Origin: Fidelibacterota bacterium
GTDB lineage: Bacteria; Fidelibacterota; Fidelibacteria; Fidelibacterales; DSDE01
Direction: 5' to 3'
Assembly (NCBI GenBank): GCA_046735395.1
Contig: JBJKQR010000062.1
Span: 86,406 to 150,405, forward strand
DNA length: 64,000 nt
The notes beneath the pieces were generated by a model. The model ran no database searches and was not told where the DNA came from. It was given only the letters and a program-made list of their open reading frames with translations. Shown here piece by piece: positions 36,918-48,418 of this stretch (its first letter is position 1; each line of letters begins with the position of its first letter). Made by a program: the position numbers and the translations under genes.

Positions 36918-38216
36918 TTGGAATTGGAACACATTCTGGTCAAGAACATCAGTAAACATGCGGGCACGGACGTCACCCTGAAGGGGTGGGTGTATAATAT
37001 CCGCAAAAGCGGAAAAATCTGGTTTCTCATCTTCCGCGACGGAACCGGATTCATACAGTGCGTCGTCCTGAAAAACGACGTCAGTGAAGAAATATTCAAT
37101 CTGAAGAATGATCTCAGCATCGAATCCAGCCTTGTGATCCGCGGCCTGGTTCAGGAAGCTCCGCGGCAGGAACTGGGATACGAGATCGTGGTCAGGGATA
37201 TACAGGTCATTCAGATCGCTCAGGAATATCCCATTGCACTCAAGGATCATGGCGTGGAATTTCTTCTGGACCATCGTCATCTCTGGCTGCGCAGCAAACG
37301 CCCCAATGCCATTCTGCGCATCCGTTCGGAAGTTGAGAAGGCCTGTCGGGACTTTTTTGAGGAGAATGACTTCACTCTCGTTGATTCGCCCATGTTCACA
37401 CCCAATGCGGCCGAAGGCACCACGACCCTGTTTGAGAGCGACTATTTCGGGCGGAAGGCCTATCTGACCCAGAGCGGCCAGCTCTACAGCGAGGCCGCCA
37501 TCATGGCCTTCAACAAGACCTACTGTTTCGGGCCCGTCTTCCGGGCGGAAAAATCCAAAACCCGCCGGCATCTCACCGAATTCTGGATGGTGGAACCGGA
37601 AATGGCATTCTATGACATTTACGATGATATGGATCTGGCCGAACAGTTCGTGGAATACATTGTTCAGCGCGTACTCCGGACCTGCCGGACGGAACTGGCC
37701 ACTCTGGAACGGGATATCAGCAAGCTGGAAAATATCAAGGCACCCTTTCCCCGCATCACCTATGACGAGGCCGTTCAGATCCTGCATGACAAGGGCATTG
37801 AATTTACCTGGGGAAATGATTTCGGCGCTCCCGATGAAACCGCCATCGGCGAAAATTTTGACAAACCGGTCATGATCTACCGCTGGCCCGCCGAAACTAA
37901 GGCGTTCTATATGAAACGTGACGAAGCGGACGAACACTATGTCATGGGTGTGGATATGATCGCGCCTGAAGGCCACGGAGAGATCATCGGAGGCAGCCAG
38001 CGCGAAGACAATCTGGACAAGCTGCTGGAACGGATTCAGAACGAAAATCTGCCCCAGGATGTCTTCGAATGGTTCCTGGATCTGCGTCGCTATGGTTCTG
38101 TTCCCCACAGTGGCTTCGGACTGGGACTGGAACGGACCGTCGGCTGGATCTGCGGTGTTCATCACGTGAGAGAAACCATTCCCTGGCCCCGGACCATGGT
38201 CCGGCTGGAACCCTGA
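36918..38216 (+). CDS. asnS: Asparagine-tRNA ligase
   Basis: The N-terminal OB fold reads GWVYNIRKSGKIWFLIFRDGTGFIQ. Class II motifs are present and the C-terminus is GFGLGLER...IPWPR. The TTG start could be at 36918 or 36924. Confidence 0.9.
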   Translation: MELEHILVKNISKHAGTDVTLKGWVYNIRKSGKIWFLIFRDGTGFIQCVVLKNDVSEEIFNLKNDLSIESSLVIRGLVQEAPRQELGYEIVVRDIQVIQIAQEYPIALKDHGVEFLLDHRHLWLRSKRPNAILRIRSEVEKACRDFFEENDFTLVDSPMFTPNAAEGTTTLFESDYFGRKAYLTQSGQLYSEAAIMAFNKTYCFGPVFRAEKSKTRRHLTEFWMVEPEMAFYDIYDDMDLAEQFVEYIVQRVLRTCRTELATLERDISKLENIKAPFPRITYDEAVQILHDKGIEFTWGNDFGAPDETAIGENFDKPVMIYRWPAETKAFYMKRDEADEHYVMGVDMIAPEGHGEIIGGSQREDNLDKLLERIQNENLPQDVFEWFLDLRRYGSVPHSGFGLGLERTVGWICGVHHVRETIPWPRTMVRLEP

Positions 38217-38495
38217 GTTTCGATATTTTATCCGAATCTTTCGGACGCCGTTCCTTTTATTTTGCATACCCTGAGGACATCTCCTATATTCCAGATGTCC
38301 GGCATTCATTTTACAATTCAGAATTGACCGTCTCCATTATTCCGGAGAGACGGCCGGAATCCGGATGGAAATACCTGAATGCGATGAAAATAAATGAGCA
38401 CGGAAAAGGATAAATGATTAACTTTGCTTCACCGGGAAACAGGGTCTGAAGCCCGTTTCAGAATTGATTGCAGACGATGGGGAAGGAAAAATATC

Positions 38496-38987
38496 ATGAC
38501 AGCACCCACACAGGAAAATTTACTGCCGGATCTGAGAAAGTGGACCCGCGTATCCGTGTTTGGCGGACGGGAAGCGGACCCGGAAATTCTTGATCAGGCC
38601 CGCCGGTTCGGACAGCTGGCTGCCCGGGAAAACTGGGTGATCCTGAATGGCGGTAAAAACGGGGTCATGGAAGCGGTGAGCCATGGTGTCTTTGAAAATG
38701 GCGGCCTCTGCATCGGCATTCTTCCCGGAGAGGATATGAGCGAGGCCAATCCCTATCTTCAGATAGCCCTGCCCAGCGGCGTGGGCCTGGCGCGGAATGA
38801 GATTCTGGCCCGGGCGGCTGATATCTGTATCGCCATCGGCGGACATTACGGCACCCTGAGTGAAATCGGCCATGCCCTGAGTATGGATAAAAAAGTTATC
38901 TCTCTTCATTCCTGGGACATTCCCGGTGTAATTTCAGCGGAAACCGCAGAAGTAGCTGTCAGGATCATGAGGGAAATACTTCAATGA
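38496..38987 (+). CDS. TIGR00725/LOG-like Rossmann-fold protein
   Basis: Carries VSVFGG...NGGxxGVMEA...GILP...G.GTLSE, a pattern of the LOG/TIGR00725 family. ATGA overlap with acyP. Confidence 0.6.
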   Translation: MTAPTQENLLPDLRKWTRVSVFGGREADPEILDQARRFGQLAARENWVILNGGKNGVMEAVSHGVFENGGLCIGILPGEDMSEANPYLQIALPSGVGLARNEILARAADICIAIGGHYGTLSEIGHALSMDKKVISLHSWDIPGVISAETAEVAVRIMREILQ

Positions 38988-39253
38988 AAACTGTTCGCTA
39001 TACCATAAAGGGCCGGGTGCAGGGCGTGGGCTTTCGCTGGTATACGCTTGAGTGTGCCCGGCAGCTCGGAATCACCGGCTATGTCCGCAATCTCCCCGAT
39101 GGATCCGTGGAAGCCATTGCCGTGGCTGAGGAATCACGTCTGGACCTCTTTGAATCCATGCTGAATCAGGGCCCGCCCTTAAGTCGTACTGACAGGATCC
39201 TTCGAACGGATGAATCGGACACCCTTCATTTTAAAGAATTTACCATCAGATAA
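38984..39253 (+). CDS. acyP: Acylphosphatase
   Basis: Carries the VKGRVQGVGFRWYT and GYVRNLPDGSVE signatures. Confidence 0.85.
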   Translation: MKTVRYTIKGRVQGVGFRWYTLECARQLGITGYVRNLPDGSVEAIAVAEESRLDLFESMLNQGPPLSRTDRILRTDESDTLHFKEFTIR

Positions 39254-39262
39254 AGGCATACC

Positions 39263-40921
39263 ATGAACAAGGGGAACAAACCCGTACATATAGCAGTGGT
39301 TCAATTCAATCCCACCGTGGGAGACATGGACGGAAACGCGAAACGGATTATCGAGCTCAGCCGCCAGGCGGCCGAAGCCGGAGCACAGATAGCCATCTTC
39401 CCCGAGCTGGCTATCTCCGGATATCTGCCGCAGGATCTGCTTTTTGATAAACCCTTTCTCGAGGCGAATGACCGCGCTCTCCGGAAAATTATTGAAGCAA
39501 CCCGGCAGATTACCGTCATCACAGGCCATGTGCATCGCGATCCGGCAAAAGGGATTTACAATACTGCCGCTGTCTGTCAGAATGGTGAGCTGCTTGCCCT
39601 CATACAGAAAACGCTGCTTCCCACCTATGATGTGTTTGATGAGCTTCGATATTTCCGCAAGGGACATAACTCCGGACCCGTTTCCGTGACGCTCGGTGAC
39701 CAGAATCTGAAACTGGGGATTGAGATCTGCGAGGATCTGTGGGACGCCGATTACGGGATCAAGGTTACCGATAATCTTGCCGGGGCTGGAGCCGACCTCA
39801 TCATCAATATCAGCGCCTCCCCTTTCTGCGTGGGAAAAGCCGCCTCCCGCAAGGCTCTGGTTCGCGAAAAAATCAATTCGATACATCTGCCCTTTGTTTA
39901 CAATAATCTCGTGGGTGCTCAGGATGAACTCATTTTCGACGGCAGCAGTTTCATCCTGGACCGGAACGGCCATACTCTGGCCCAGTTGCCGTCATTCCGG
40001 GAAGATTTTCAGTTATATGAAGTGGATCTGTCTGCAGAAAAACTGCACTCCGAACCGATCCCTGATCAGGAAATGGCCCCCATGGAGCAGCTGTATCAGG
40101 CGCTCAGCCTGGGTATACAGGATTATTTCCGCAAGTCCGGATTCACACAGTGCCTGCTGGGCCTTTCGGGAGGAATCGATTCGGCTGTTGTGGCCGTGCT
40201 GGCAGCGGAAGCGCTGGGCCCGGAAAATGTCTTCGCCTATTCCCTGCCCTCCCGCTACTCTTCCGATCACAGTCTCAGCGACGCCGAAGATCTGGCCGGA
40301 CGGCTGAGAATCCGCTATGACACCATTCCCATCGAATCTGTTTTTTCCTCGTTCATGGGTGAACTTCAGCCCCGTTTCGCCGGCCTGCCCTTCGGACTGG
40401 CGGAGGAAAATCTGCAGGCCCGGATCCGGGGAACCTTTCTCATGTCCCTGGCCAATAAATTCAATCGGCTGCTTCTCAGCACCGCCAATAAGACCGAGAC
40501 CGCTCTCGGTTACAGCACGCTTTATGGGGACATGGCCGGTGCCCTCGCTCCCATCTCCGATCTGAACAAGCAGGAAGTCTATGACCTGTCGGAATGGATC
40601 AATCAACGGAGTGAGACAGAATTCATTCCCCGTAATATTATTGAAAAAATGCCCAGCGCTGAATTGTCCGAAGGACAGTTTGACCCCTTTGACTACAGCA
40701 TTGTCAGCCCGCTGGTCGAGGAAATTCTGGAAAACCGGCGCAGCGCGGCAGATCTGGTGAATATGGGTTATGACAAGGATCTGGTCAACCGGATCATGAC
40801 ACTGATCGTACGGTCCGAGTACAAACGAAAGCAGGCGGCTCCCGGCCTGCGCGTCTCGGAAAAGGCCTTCGGAACAGGGAGACGCATGCCCATCATCAAT
40901 CATTACATCGACCGACTCTGA
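39263..40921 (+). CDS. nadE: Glutamine-dependent NAD+ synthetase (CN-hydrolase plus NAD synthase domains)
   Basis: The N-terminal nitrilase-like domain carries FPELAISGY and EICEDLW. The C-terminal domain carries GLSGGIDS in the PP-loop. Confidence 0.9.
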   Translation: MNKGNKPVHIAVVQFNPTVGDMDGNAKRIIELSRQAAEAGAQIAIFPELAISGYLPQDLLFDKPFLEANDRALRKIIEATRQITVITGHVHRDPAKGIYNTAAVCQNGELLALIQKTLLPTYDVFDELRYFRKGHNSGPVSVTLGDQNLKLGIEICEDLWDADYGIKVTDNLAGAGADLIINISASPFCVGKAASRKALVREKINSIHLPFVYNNLVGAQDELIFDGSSFILDRNGHTLAQLPSFREDFQLYEVDLSAEKLHSEPIPDQEMAPMEQLYQALSLGIQDYFRKSGFTQCLLGLSGGIDSAVVAVLAAEALGPENVFAYSLPSRYSSDHSLSDAEDLAGRLRIRYDTIPIESVFSSFMGELQPRFAGLPFGLAEENLQARIRGTFLMSLANKFNRLLLSTANKTETALGYSTLYGDMAGALAPISDLNKQEVYDLSEWINQRSETEFIPRNIIEKMPSAELSEGQFDPFDYSIVSPLVEEILENRRSAADLVNMGYDKDLVNRIMTLIVRSEYKRKQAAPGLRVSEKAFGTGRRMPIINHYIDRL

Positions 40922-40948
40922 TTTATTTTCATAGATCCGGAGGCTGTC

Positions 40949-42430
40949 ATGCAGACCTATCCCCTCTTCGGGATATTCTCTCGCAGCCCGGTCCTGAAAT
41001 ACCTCCTGCCCTTCATGGGCGGAATCATCCTTCGCCAGTTCCTTCCCGGGCACGATCTGTTCTGTATCCTGATTCTACTCGCTTCGGCATTCCTGCTGAG
41101 ACAATTTTCAGCGGGTTGGCTGCTTCTGATCATTCTCAGCGGATTTCTCAGACTGGCCCTGTTTCAGGGTGACGAAGCTCAGGCGCCGGTCACGGTTTTC
41201 AATCCGGATTCCCTGCGGCTGAACATTGTCGGCAGAGAGCGCGATGCCGTGCAGGACAAAGCCTATACAGGCTGTCTGGCAAATGATCCGAATGTAAGGA
41301 TATATCTGTCACGCAGCGGCGGAGCGGTCCTTCTGTCCACGGGACAATCCGTACTGCTCAGCGGCATCAAAGCGAAATCATTGTACAGTAACGCCAATTC
41401 TCCCTATGAATCATATCTGCGGCGGCAGGGCTTCACCCACAGCGCCCGCCTCGGCAGCAGAAGCCGTGTACTGGACACGAACCCCGCAAACCAGACCGGG
41501 TATACAAAGATCAGCGTCAGCATGGGAAAGCTTCGCCTGCAGCTTGCCGATCGACTGAAACACCGGCTCGGAATCCGTAATGGTTCCCTTATCAGCGGGC
41601 TGCTTCTGGGCCTGAAAAAAGAAATTCCGCCCGCTTTGTCTGACCTGTTTAAAAATACAGGGCTCAGTCATCTGCTGGCCGTATCCGGCCTTCATGCAGG
41701 ATTTCTCATTCTGATCCTCTACCAGATCATCCGACTCCTGCCACTGTCTCAGACGGGCAGAACCACTTTACTGCTTGGCTGCCTCGCCTTCTATGCTCTG
41801 CTCACGGGACTCAGCGCCTCCATCGTGAGAACCAGCCTCATGGCGGGAACCCTTTTTCTCGCGCCTCTGTTCAAACGCCGGTATTCGGCATTGAATATTC
41901 TGGCGGTCTCAGCCCTGATCCAGCTCATGGCGGCTCCGGACATGCTCTTCGAACCCGGCTTTCAGATGAGTTACTCTGCAGTGGCCGGGATCCTGCTGTT
42001 TTACAGACCCCTTCGAAATGCACTCACGGTTCCGGCCCGAAAAATTCATGTCCCACAGGCTATTGCGGATGTTCTCGCCGTGTCCCTGGCAGCCAGCCTG
42101 GCAACCGCTCCCATTACGCTGTGGACCTTTTCTGTTCTTCCCGGCCCGGGCCTCATCCTGAATATTGTCGTTATCCCTCTCACCTTTGTGCTGATGGCCG
42201 CCGGCATCCTGGCGCTCATCCCTCTTCCGGGCATTCCGGGACAGGCCGCCACAGCTTTCTGCGATCTGAGCTCGAGCCTCTATCTGATAATTATGGAAAA
42301 TCTGAATCTGTTCAGTTCGTGGACCTTCCGCATTCCCGAATCGGCTCAGGTGCTGAAAACAATTCTCTTCACGGTCCTGATCCTGATCTCCGTGGCCTGG
42401 AGCTGGCAGCTGCTACTGAAACATGATTAA
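40949..42430 (+). CDS. comEC: ComEC/Rec2-family DNA internalisation channel protein (short form without a metallo-beta-lactamase domain)
   Basis: A polytopic membrane protein with the LSHLLAVSGLHAGF competence-domain motif. Confidence 0.75.
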   Translation: MQTYPLFGIFSRSPVLKYLLPFMGGIILRQFLPGHDLFCILILLASAFLLRQFSAGWLLLIILSGFLRLALFQGDEAQAPVTVFNPDSLRLNIVGRERDAVQDKAYTGCLANDPNVRIYLSRSGGAVLLSTGQSVLLSGIKAKSLYSNANSPYESYLRRQGFTHSARLGSRSRVLDTNPANQTGYTKISVSMGKLRLQLADRLKHRLGIRNGSLISGLLLGLKKEIPPALSDLFKNTGLSHLLAVSGLHAGFLILILYQIIRLLPLSQTGRTTLLLGCLAFYALLTGLSASIVRTSLMAGTLFLAPLFKRRYSALNILAVSALIQLMAAPDMLFEPGFQMSYSAVAGILLFYRPLRNALTVPARKIHVPQAIADVLAVSLAASLATAPITLWTFSVLPGPGLILNIVVIPLTFVLMAAGILALIPLPGIPGQAATAFCDLSSSLYLIIMENLNLFSSWTFRIPESAQVLKTILFTVLILISVAWSWQLLLKHD

Positions 42431-42492
42431 TTCGCAATGAATCATTTGAGATACCTGAACACCCGGCGATGATCCAAATAATTCAAATAAAT

Positions 42493-42523
42493 AAAAAAAG
42501 CCGCCTCCCCGGGGAAGCGGCTT
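42493..42523 (-). terminator. Rho-independent terminator of gap
   Basis: On the minus strand: AAGCCGCTTCCCC-GGGGAGGCGGCTT hairpin followed by T7. Confidence 0.6.
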
Positions 42524-42551
42524 GATATGTGAGATCGAGGTCAGTCTGAGA

Positions 42552-43568
<1,017 letters not shown>

Positions 43569-43797
43569 TTACCTCATCGTAACCGTCGGAAATTTAGGGA
43601 ATACTGTCATTTTATTCCAGCAGTTTTCCATGCAACAGCTGAATTACACTCGTCTGAAGGCTATTTTTTTTCGGAGAGAAAGGCTTTTTTACCGTTTGTT
43701 ACAAAGCTGCCTGTAAACCCGGAATTTCAGACAGAAAAAATATCTCTGTTTAAAGCCGTTTCATCTCAAATTTTTGCTTATAAAAAGTGCCTGGTAT

Positions 43798-44448
43798 TCA
43801 GGAAAGCTCTCCGCCTTCACCGCTTCCCAGGCCGTTACTGCGAAATATTTCGGAAATACTGTCCCAGGCAAAACCCTTCTGCGTCAGAAACCGGTACATC
43901 TTATCCCGTCGTTCGGCCGCCGAGGAGGATTTGGACAACTTCCGGATTTTCTGATCATATTGAATCTGGCAGTGACGAAGGATATCATCGGCAGAGATCT
44001 TTGCCAGCAGATCCTCCACCAATGCAGCAGCAATGCCGCGCTGAATCAGTTTGCTGCGAATCTGAATCGGCCCTATGTGTCGGGTATTCAATAATTCCTG
44101 ACAGAACCGGCTGGCAAACTGGGCATCATCAATATAACCCCGTTCCTCCAGATAATCACAGACCTTTGCCGCAAGATCGTCAGAATAGCCTTTCTGAACA
44201 AGCTTTCCCGACATTTCCCGGCGGCTGTGGTCTCGATAGCTGAGCAACTCAATACTCTTATCCAGAGCAGATTGCCAGTCATCCTCCGTCTGAACGGTAA
44301 GGACCCGGTCTTCCTCTATCTCGCTGCCGCCTCTCAGACCGTATTTTTTCACCGTATCCCCGGTCAGGGACAGGCTGCGTCCATCCTCAAGATGTACGAG
44401 CCAGCGGTTCCGTTTTCCCTTTTCCCGTCGCAGGCCTAGAATTTTCAA
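43798..44448 (-). CDS. recX: Recombination regulator RecX
   Basis: A three-repeat helical RecX pattern, located immediately downstream of recA. Confidence 0.8.
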   Translation of the reverse strand: MKILGLRREKGKRNRWLVHLEDGRSLSLTGDTVKKYGLRGGSEIEEDRVLTVQTEDDWQSALDKSIELLSYRDHSRREMSGKLVQKGYSDDLAAKVCDYLEERGYIDDAQFASRFCQELLNTRHIGPIQIRSKLIQRGIAAALVEDLLAKISADDILRHCQIQYDQKIRKLSKSSSAAERRDKMYRFLTQKGFAWDSISEIFRSNGLGSGEGGELS

Positions 44449-44484
44449 TCTGCACCCGCTTTTATAGTAAATTTTTCATTTGAA

Positions 44485-45510
44485 TCAGGCTTCGGCTTCA
44501 GCTGTTATTTCAGCATCTGTAATACCCAGCCCGGCCTTCACTTCCTTTACGATGGGCTGGAGCAGATCATCATTTTCCGTAAGAAAGGTCTTGGCATTTT
44601 CCCGTCCCTGGCCGATCCGCGTATCACCATAGGAAAACCAGGATCCGGATTTATTGATTATATCCATGCTGACGGCCAGATCCAGAACATCTCCCACATA
44701 GGAAATACCCTGGCCGTACATAATGTCGAATTCCACGGATTTGAAGGGCGGGGCAACCTTGTTCTTCACGACCTTGACGACGGTCCGGTTTCCCAGAATA
44801 TCCTGGCCGTCCTTGATGGCGCCGATGCGCCGGACTTCCAGACGCTGAGATGTATAGAATTTCAGAGCCCGGCCACCCGTCGTCGTTTCAGGATTTCCGA
44901 ACATGACACCGATCTTCTCTCTGATCTGGTTAATGAAAATCACAGCGCAGTTTGATTTATTCACCGCACCTGTCAGTTTTCTCAGAGCCTGGCTCATGAG
45001 ACGGGCCTGAAGACCCATATGGCTGTCACCCATTTCACCTTCCAGCTCCGCCTTGGGAACAAGAGCGGCCACCGAGTCCACCACAACCACGTCAATGGCA
45101 TTGGAGCGAACCAGTGTTTCGGTAATCTCCAGCGCCTCTTCTCCGCTGCTGGGCTGGGAAACCAGCATGTTATTTATATTTACGCCCAGATTCCGGGCAT
45201 AATTGATATCCAGGGCATGTTCGGCATCGACGAAGGCGGCATACCCGCCTTTTTTCTGCGCTTCAGCAACGATATGAAGGGCAAGGGTTGTCTTACCGGA
45301 TGATTCGGGCCCGTAGATTTCCGTAATACGGCCAACGGCAATTCCGCCGATTCCCAGTGCCGCATCCAGGCTCAGCGATCCGGTTGAGATCGCCTTGATC
45401 GGCAGGGGTTTGACATCCTCTCCCAGCCGCATGACCGATCCTTTCCCAAACTGCCGGTCAATCTGGGCAATCGCCATTTCTATCGCTTTTTCCTTATCCG
45501 TTCCTGCCAT
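44485..45510 (-). CDS. recA: Recombinase A
   Basis: Canonical RecA throughout ([32 protein letters not shown]-like). Confidence 0.97.
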   Translation of the reverse strand: MAGTDKEKAIEMAIAQIDRQFGKGSVMRLGEDVKPLPIKAISTGSLSLDAALGIGGIAVGRITEIYGPESSGKTTLALHIVAEAQKKGGYAAFVDAEHALDINYARNLGVNINNMLVSQPSSGEEALEITETLVRSNAIDVVVVDSVAALVPKAELEGEMGDSHMGLQARLMSQALRKLTGAVNKSNCAVIFINQIREKIGVMFGNPETTTGGRALKFYTSQRLEVRRIGAIKDGQDILGNRTVVKVVKNKVAPPFKSVEFDIMYGQGISYVGDVLDLAVSMDIINKSGSWFSYGDTRIGQGRENAKTFLTENDDLLQPIVKEVKAGLGITDAEITAEAEA

Positions 45511-45523
45511 TCTGCACCTCGCT

Positions 45524-46081
45524 TTATCCTTTTAGTGTTATGTCTTCCAGTGGTTCATAGACCAGTTGCCCGCTCATTCGTTTGCTTTCGTACCAGATAA
45601 TACGGTCAAGAGCACAGTCCACGGGAGCAAAGTCGTAATGAATATATTGATCACGATGAGATTTATCAAGTCCGGATTTCGGTCGTCCCAGAGTAAGATG
45701 CGGAATCAGGCTTTGGGCAGGGGGAAGTCCGGAGACGCGGCCGATCAGAGTGTCGATTTTCGCCAGCCGGTCTTTCAGTTCTGACGGAATATGGGAAGGA
45801 CCGGCCCAGAGAACGCGCGCGGGCCCGCGGTCGGGGAAGATTCCTGTTCGGTCAATTCGCAGTGTCATGGGCGAAAGCGTTTCCAGTTCAGGCCGAAGCG
45901 CCGCTGTCCAATCGGAAACGCATGCTTCATCTGTATCACCGATAAATTTCACGGTCAGATGCATGAGATCCGGATTCACCCACCGGCAGTCGTGAAAAAT
46001 CCTGCTGAACCGGTGCTGAATGCCGGTCATCGCAGCTCTCAGCGACTCATTGATGGGAAAGGCGAAAAACGTTCTGAGCAT
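45524..46081 (-). CDS. thpR: RNA 2',3'-cyclic phosphodiesterase (2H family, ThpR/LigT)
   Basis: Two HxT motifs are present (HLTVKF and HLTLGR). Confidence 0.8.
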   Translation of the reverse strand: MLRTFFAFPINESLRAAMTGIQHRFSRIFHDCRWVNPDLMHLTVKFIGDTDEACVSDWTAALRPELETLSPMTLRIDRTGIFPDRGPARVLWAGPSHIPSELKDRLAKIDTLIGRVSGLPPAQSLIPHLTLGRPKSGLDKSHRDQYIHYDFAPVDCALDRIIWYESKRMSGQLVYEPLEDITLKG

Positions 46082-46104
46082 CAGGATTCTCCGTCAGGCT
46101 CTGA

Positions 46105-47364
46105 TTATTTCCAGTAGGAATTATGCTCATCCAGCTGCCGGGAATCGGCGAGCAGGAGTCTCACGAGATCCAGAAGGGCCTGGGCCGACAAATGGATATT
46201 CCGGGTCCGGTCCTGGCTGAAATGTTTCTGCACACAAAGTTCTTTCTGTCCGTCACTGACGCCCAGCCAGACTGTGCCGACAGGTTTTTCCGGACTGCCG
46301 CCCTCAGGCCCGGCGATACCGCTCACAGCCGCGCAGATCTGTGCGCCGCTGCTGCGGTGAAGCCCGCGAAGCATTTCCAGGACTGTTTCGCGGCTTACCG
46401 CGCCGTATTTATCCAGCGTTTCCGGATTCACACCGAGACGTTTTATTTTTGCATCATTGCTGTAAACCACCAATCCTTCACGCAGGTAGGCCGAGGCTCC
46501 GGCACAGGACGTGATCCGGTGGGCGACATATCCGCCCGTACAGCTTTCGGCGAGGGCCAGACTCAGATTATCTGATGTCATCATCCGGGAAACGACTTCA
46601 ACCATATCCGTCGTCCCTTCCGCATAAATAAAGTCACCGAGCACAGCTGTCAGGGCATTGACCAATTCGTCGAGATGGGGCCCGTCGCCTTCCTCTCCCA
46701 GGCGAAGGTCCACGCCGCTATAGGAGGGATAATATCCGATATTCACGGAATCATAATCCTGAAAAACCGTTTCGATCCGGGCGGCCAGTTCGGACTCGGG
46801 AATACCGGTCGTCCGGAGTGTCACTTCACTGTACCCGTCATGGCTGCTGTCACAGATCATCGGGAAAATGCGAACCTGACACATGCCCTTTAATTCTGCC
46901 GGAACGCCCGGCATGACAAAATATTGCTTCCCGTCCCGGGTATAGGAAATGCCCGAGGCGGATCCCAGATCATTGAAAATACGTGTCGCGTTTTTGGGAA
47001 AAATGGCCTGATTGCGGTTTTTATCGAGAAAATCCTGTCCCCGATGGCCGTAACGGGATTTCAGGTCCTGATATATATCCTCGTTGAATTCGAGAGAATC
47101 GGAAAAGTATTCCGCGATAATTTCCTTGGTGATATCATCCCGGGTCGGCCCCAGGCCGCCGCTGATAAAAATGAATTCCGTCGAATCATGAATCTGACTG
47201 AGGGCAAGCAGAACATCTTCACGGCTGTCCCGCACAACCTGTTTCCGGCGAACAAGGACGCCGCAGTCCTTCAGTTGTGAAGCCAGCCAGCTGCTGTTCG
47301 TATCAATCGTATGTCCGCCGAGAATTTCATTTCCGATGGCAATGATTTCAGCCTGACGCGTCAT
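46105..47364 (-). CDS. cinA: CinA-family competence/damage-inducible protein (MoCF-binding plus PncC nicotinamide-nucleotide amidase domains)
   Basis: AEIIAIGNEILGGHTIDTNS plus a C-terminal ESCTGG motif. Confidence 0.85.
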   Translation of the reverse strand: MTRQAEIIAIGNEILGGHTIDTNSSWLASQLKDCGVLVRRKQVVRDSREDVLLALSQIHDSTEFIFISGGLGPTRDDITKEIIAEYFSDSLEFNEDIYQDLKSRYGHRGQDFLDKNRNQAIFPKNATRIFNDLGSASGISYTRDGKQYFVMPGVPAELKGMCQVRIFPMICDSSHDGYSEVTLRTTGIPESELAARIETVFQDYDSVNIGYYPSYSGVDLRLGEEGDGPHLDELVNALTAVLGDFIYAEGTTDMVEVVSRMMTSDNLSLALAESCTGGYVAHRITSCAGASAYLREGLVVYSNDAKIKRLGVNPETLDKYGAVSRETVLEMLRGLHRSSGAQICAAVSGIAGPEGGSPEKPVGTVWLGVSDGQKELCVQKHFSQDRTRNIHLSAQALLDLVRLLLADSRQLDEHNSYWK

Positions 47365-47816
47365 GAGAAAAATCCGGATTCCCAGAGAAGAAGATTGAAA
47401 ATAAGTGCTGCCAGGCCGGCGAGCACATCATCCGCCATGACGCCCCAGCCTTTCGGCAGGGACTGAACATCGTCAATAATCCAGGGTTTCCAGATATCGA
47501 AAATCCGAAAGAACAGGAACCCGGTCAGAAAATAAATGGGTTGTGCGGGCACAGCGAGAACGGCTATCCACATTCCCACCACTTCATCGATAACGATCCA
47601 GCCCGGATCTTCCAGCCCCGAATCCTTTTCTATCCACCCGGAAGCGGCTGCTCCGGCGACGGTCAGGACGGCGAGAAGAGCCAGAGACGGATAAAGCGGA
47701 AGCGGCGCCAGCAGAAACAGTATGAGTGCTGCCACGAGACTGCCCCAGGTTCCGGGTGCTCCCGGAATAAAGCCCACACCGGCAAAACTGGCAAAGAAAC
47801 GGGTTAGAAATCTCAT
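47361..47816 (-). CDS. pgpA: Phosphatidylglycerophosphatase A
   Basis: GVGFIPGAPGTWGS motif. ATGA overlaps on both sides. Confidence 0.8.
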   Translation of the reverse strand: MRFLTRFFASFAGVGFIPGAPGTWGSLVAALILFLLAPLPLYPSLALLAVLTVAGAAASGWIEKDSGLEDPGWIVIDEVVGMWIAVLAVPAQPIYFLTGFLFFRIFDIWKPWIIDDVQSLPKGWGVMADDVLAGLAALIFNLLLWESGFFS

Positions 47817-48406
47817 GCCTGCCCCTTGAAAACATGCTTATTCTCCAGGAAGTACAGAACACCCGTATAAAGCGTCAGGAGGGCTGTAATCAGCATGAGC
47901 AGCCAGAAGCCTTCATGATCCCGGAACCAGCCGGCCACCGGATGCAGAAATTTTGTAAAGGGCAGATTATAAATCAGAAAGTAGGTCAGAACCGTGTAGA
48001 TAAAAATCATCTGAATGGTGGTTTTGACCTTGGCAATACCGCTGGTCCGCATACTTTTACCCTTTTTGCTCATATAGCTGCGGAAAATGGTGATCACCAC
48101 ATCCCGAAGGAGAACCACGGCAATCATCCACCAGGGCGCGAAGCCCATGAGTCCGAAGGCGATGAAGGTGGAGCTGATGAGGACCTTATCGGCCAGGGGA
48201 TCCATATATTTGCCGAATTCACTGGAATACCCGTATTTGCGGGCGATTTTTCCATCCGCATAATCGCTGAGACTGGCAATCAGAAAAACAAAAAAGGCCA
48301 GGATATAGGCGGCGGGCGTTGCGGTATAGAGAAGATACAGGAACAGTGGAGTCAGCACTATCCTGAGCAGGGTTAAAATATTGGGAATATGTGCTTCCCG
48401 AATCAT
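47813..48406 (-). CDS. pgsA: CDP-diacylglycerol-glycerol-3-phosphate 3-phosphatidyltransferase
   Basis: Carries the CDP-alcohol transferase motif DYADGKIARK...G...DPLADK. Confidence 0.85.
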   Translation of the reverse strand: MIREAHIPNILTLLRIVLTPLFLYLLYTATPAAYILAFFVFLIASLSDYADGKIARKYGYSSEFGKYMDPLADKVLISSTFIAFGLMGFAPWWMIAVVLLRDVVITIFRSYMSKKGKSMRTSGIAKVKTTIQMIFIYTVLTYFLIYNLPFTKFLHPVAGWFRDHEGFWLLMLITALLTLYTGVLYFLENKHVFKGQA

Positions 48407-48418
48407 ATTTGGGTCCTC

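Noticed and set aside
36801-38309. Very long antisense ORFs covering whole genes. Examples: 502 aa opposite asnS, 483 aa at 52292-53743, 350 aa at 31789-32841, 332 aa at 9242-10240, 346 aa at 40013-41053 and 381 aa at 60997-62142.
   Set aside because: In every case I checked, the antisense frame is codon-aligned with the sense gene, so antisense stops correspond to sense codons TTA, CTA and TCA. Avoidance of these rare codons in a moderately GC-rich genome keeps that frame open. The products are low-complexity and motif-free, while the sense genes are unambiguous.
40949-42430. ComEC lacking the C-terminal metallo-beta-lactamase nuclease domain, considered as a truncation.
   Set aside because: The ORF ends cleanly and is followed by the terminator of the convergent gap gene. 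Short ComEC/Rec2 forms without this domain are common, so it is not evidence of a pseudogene.
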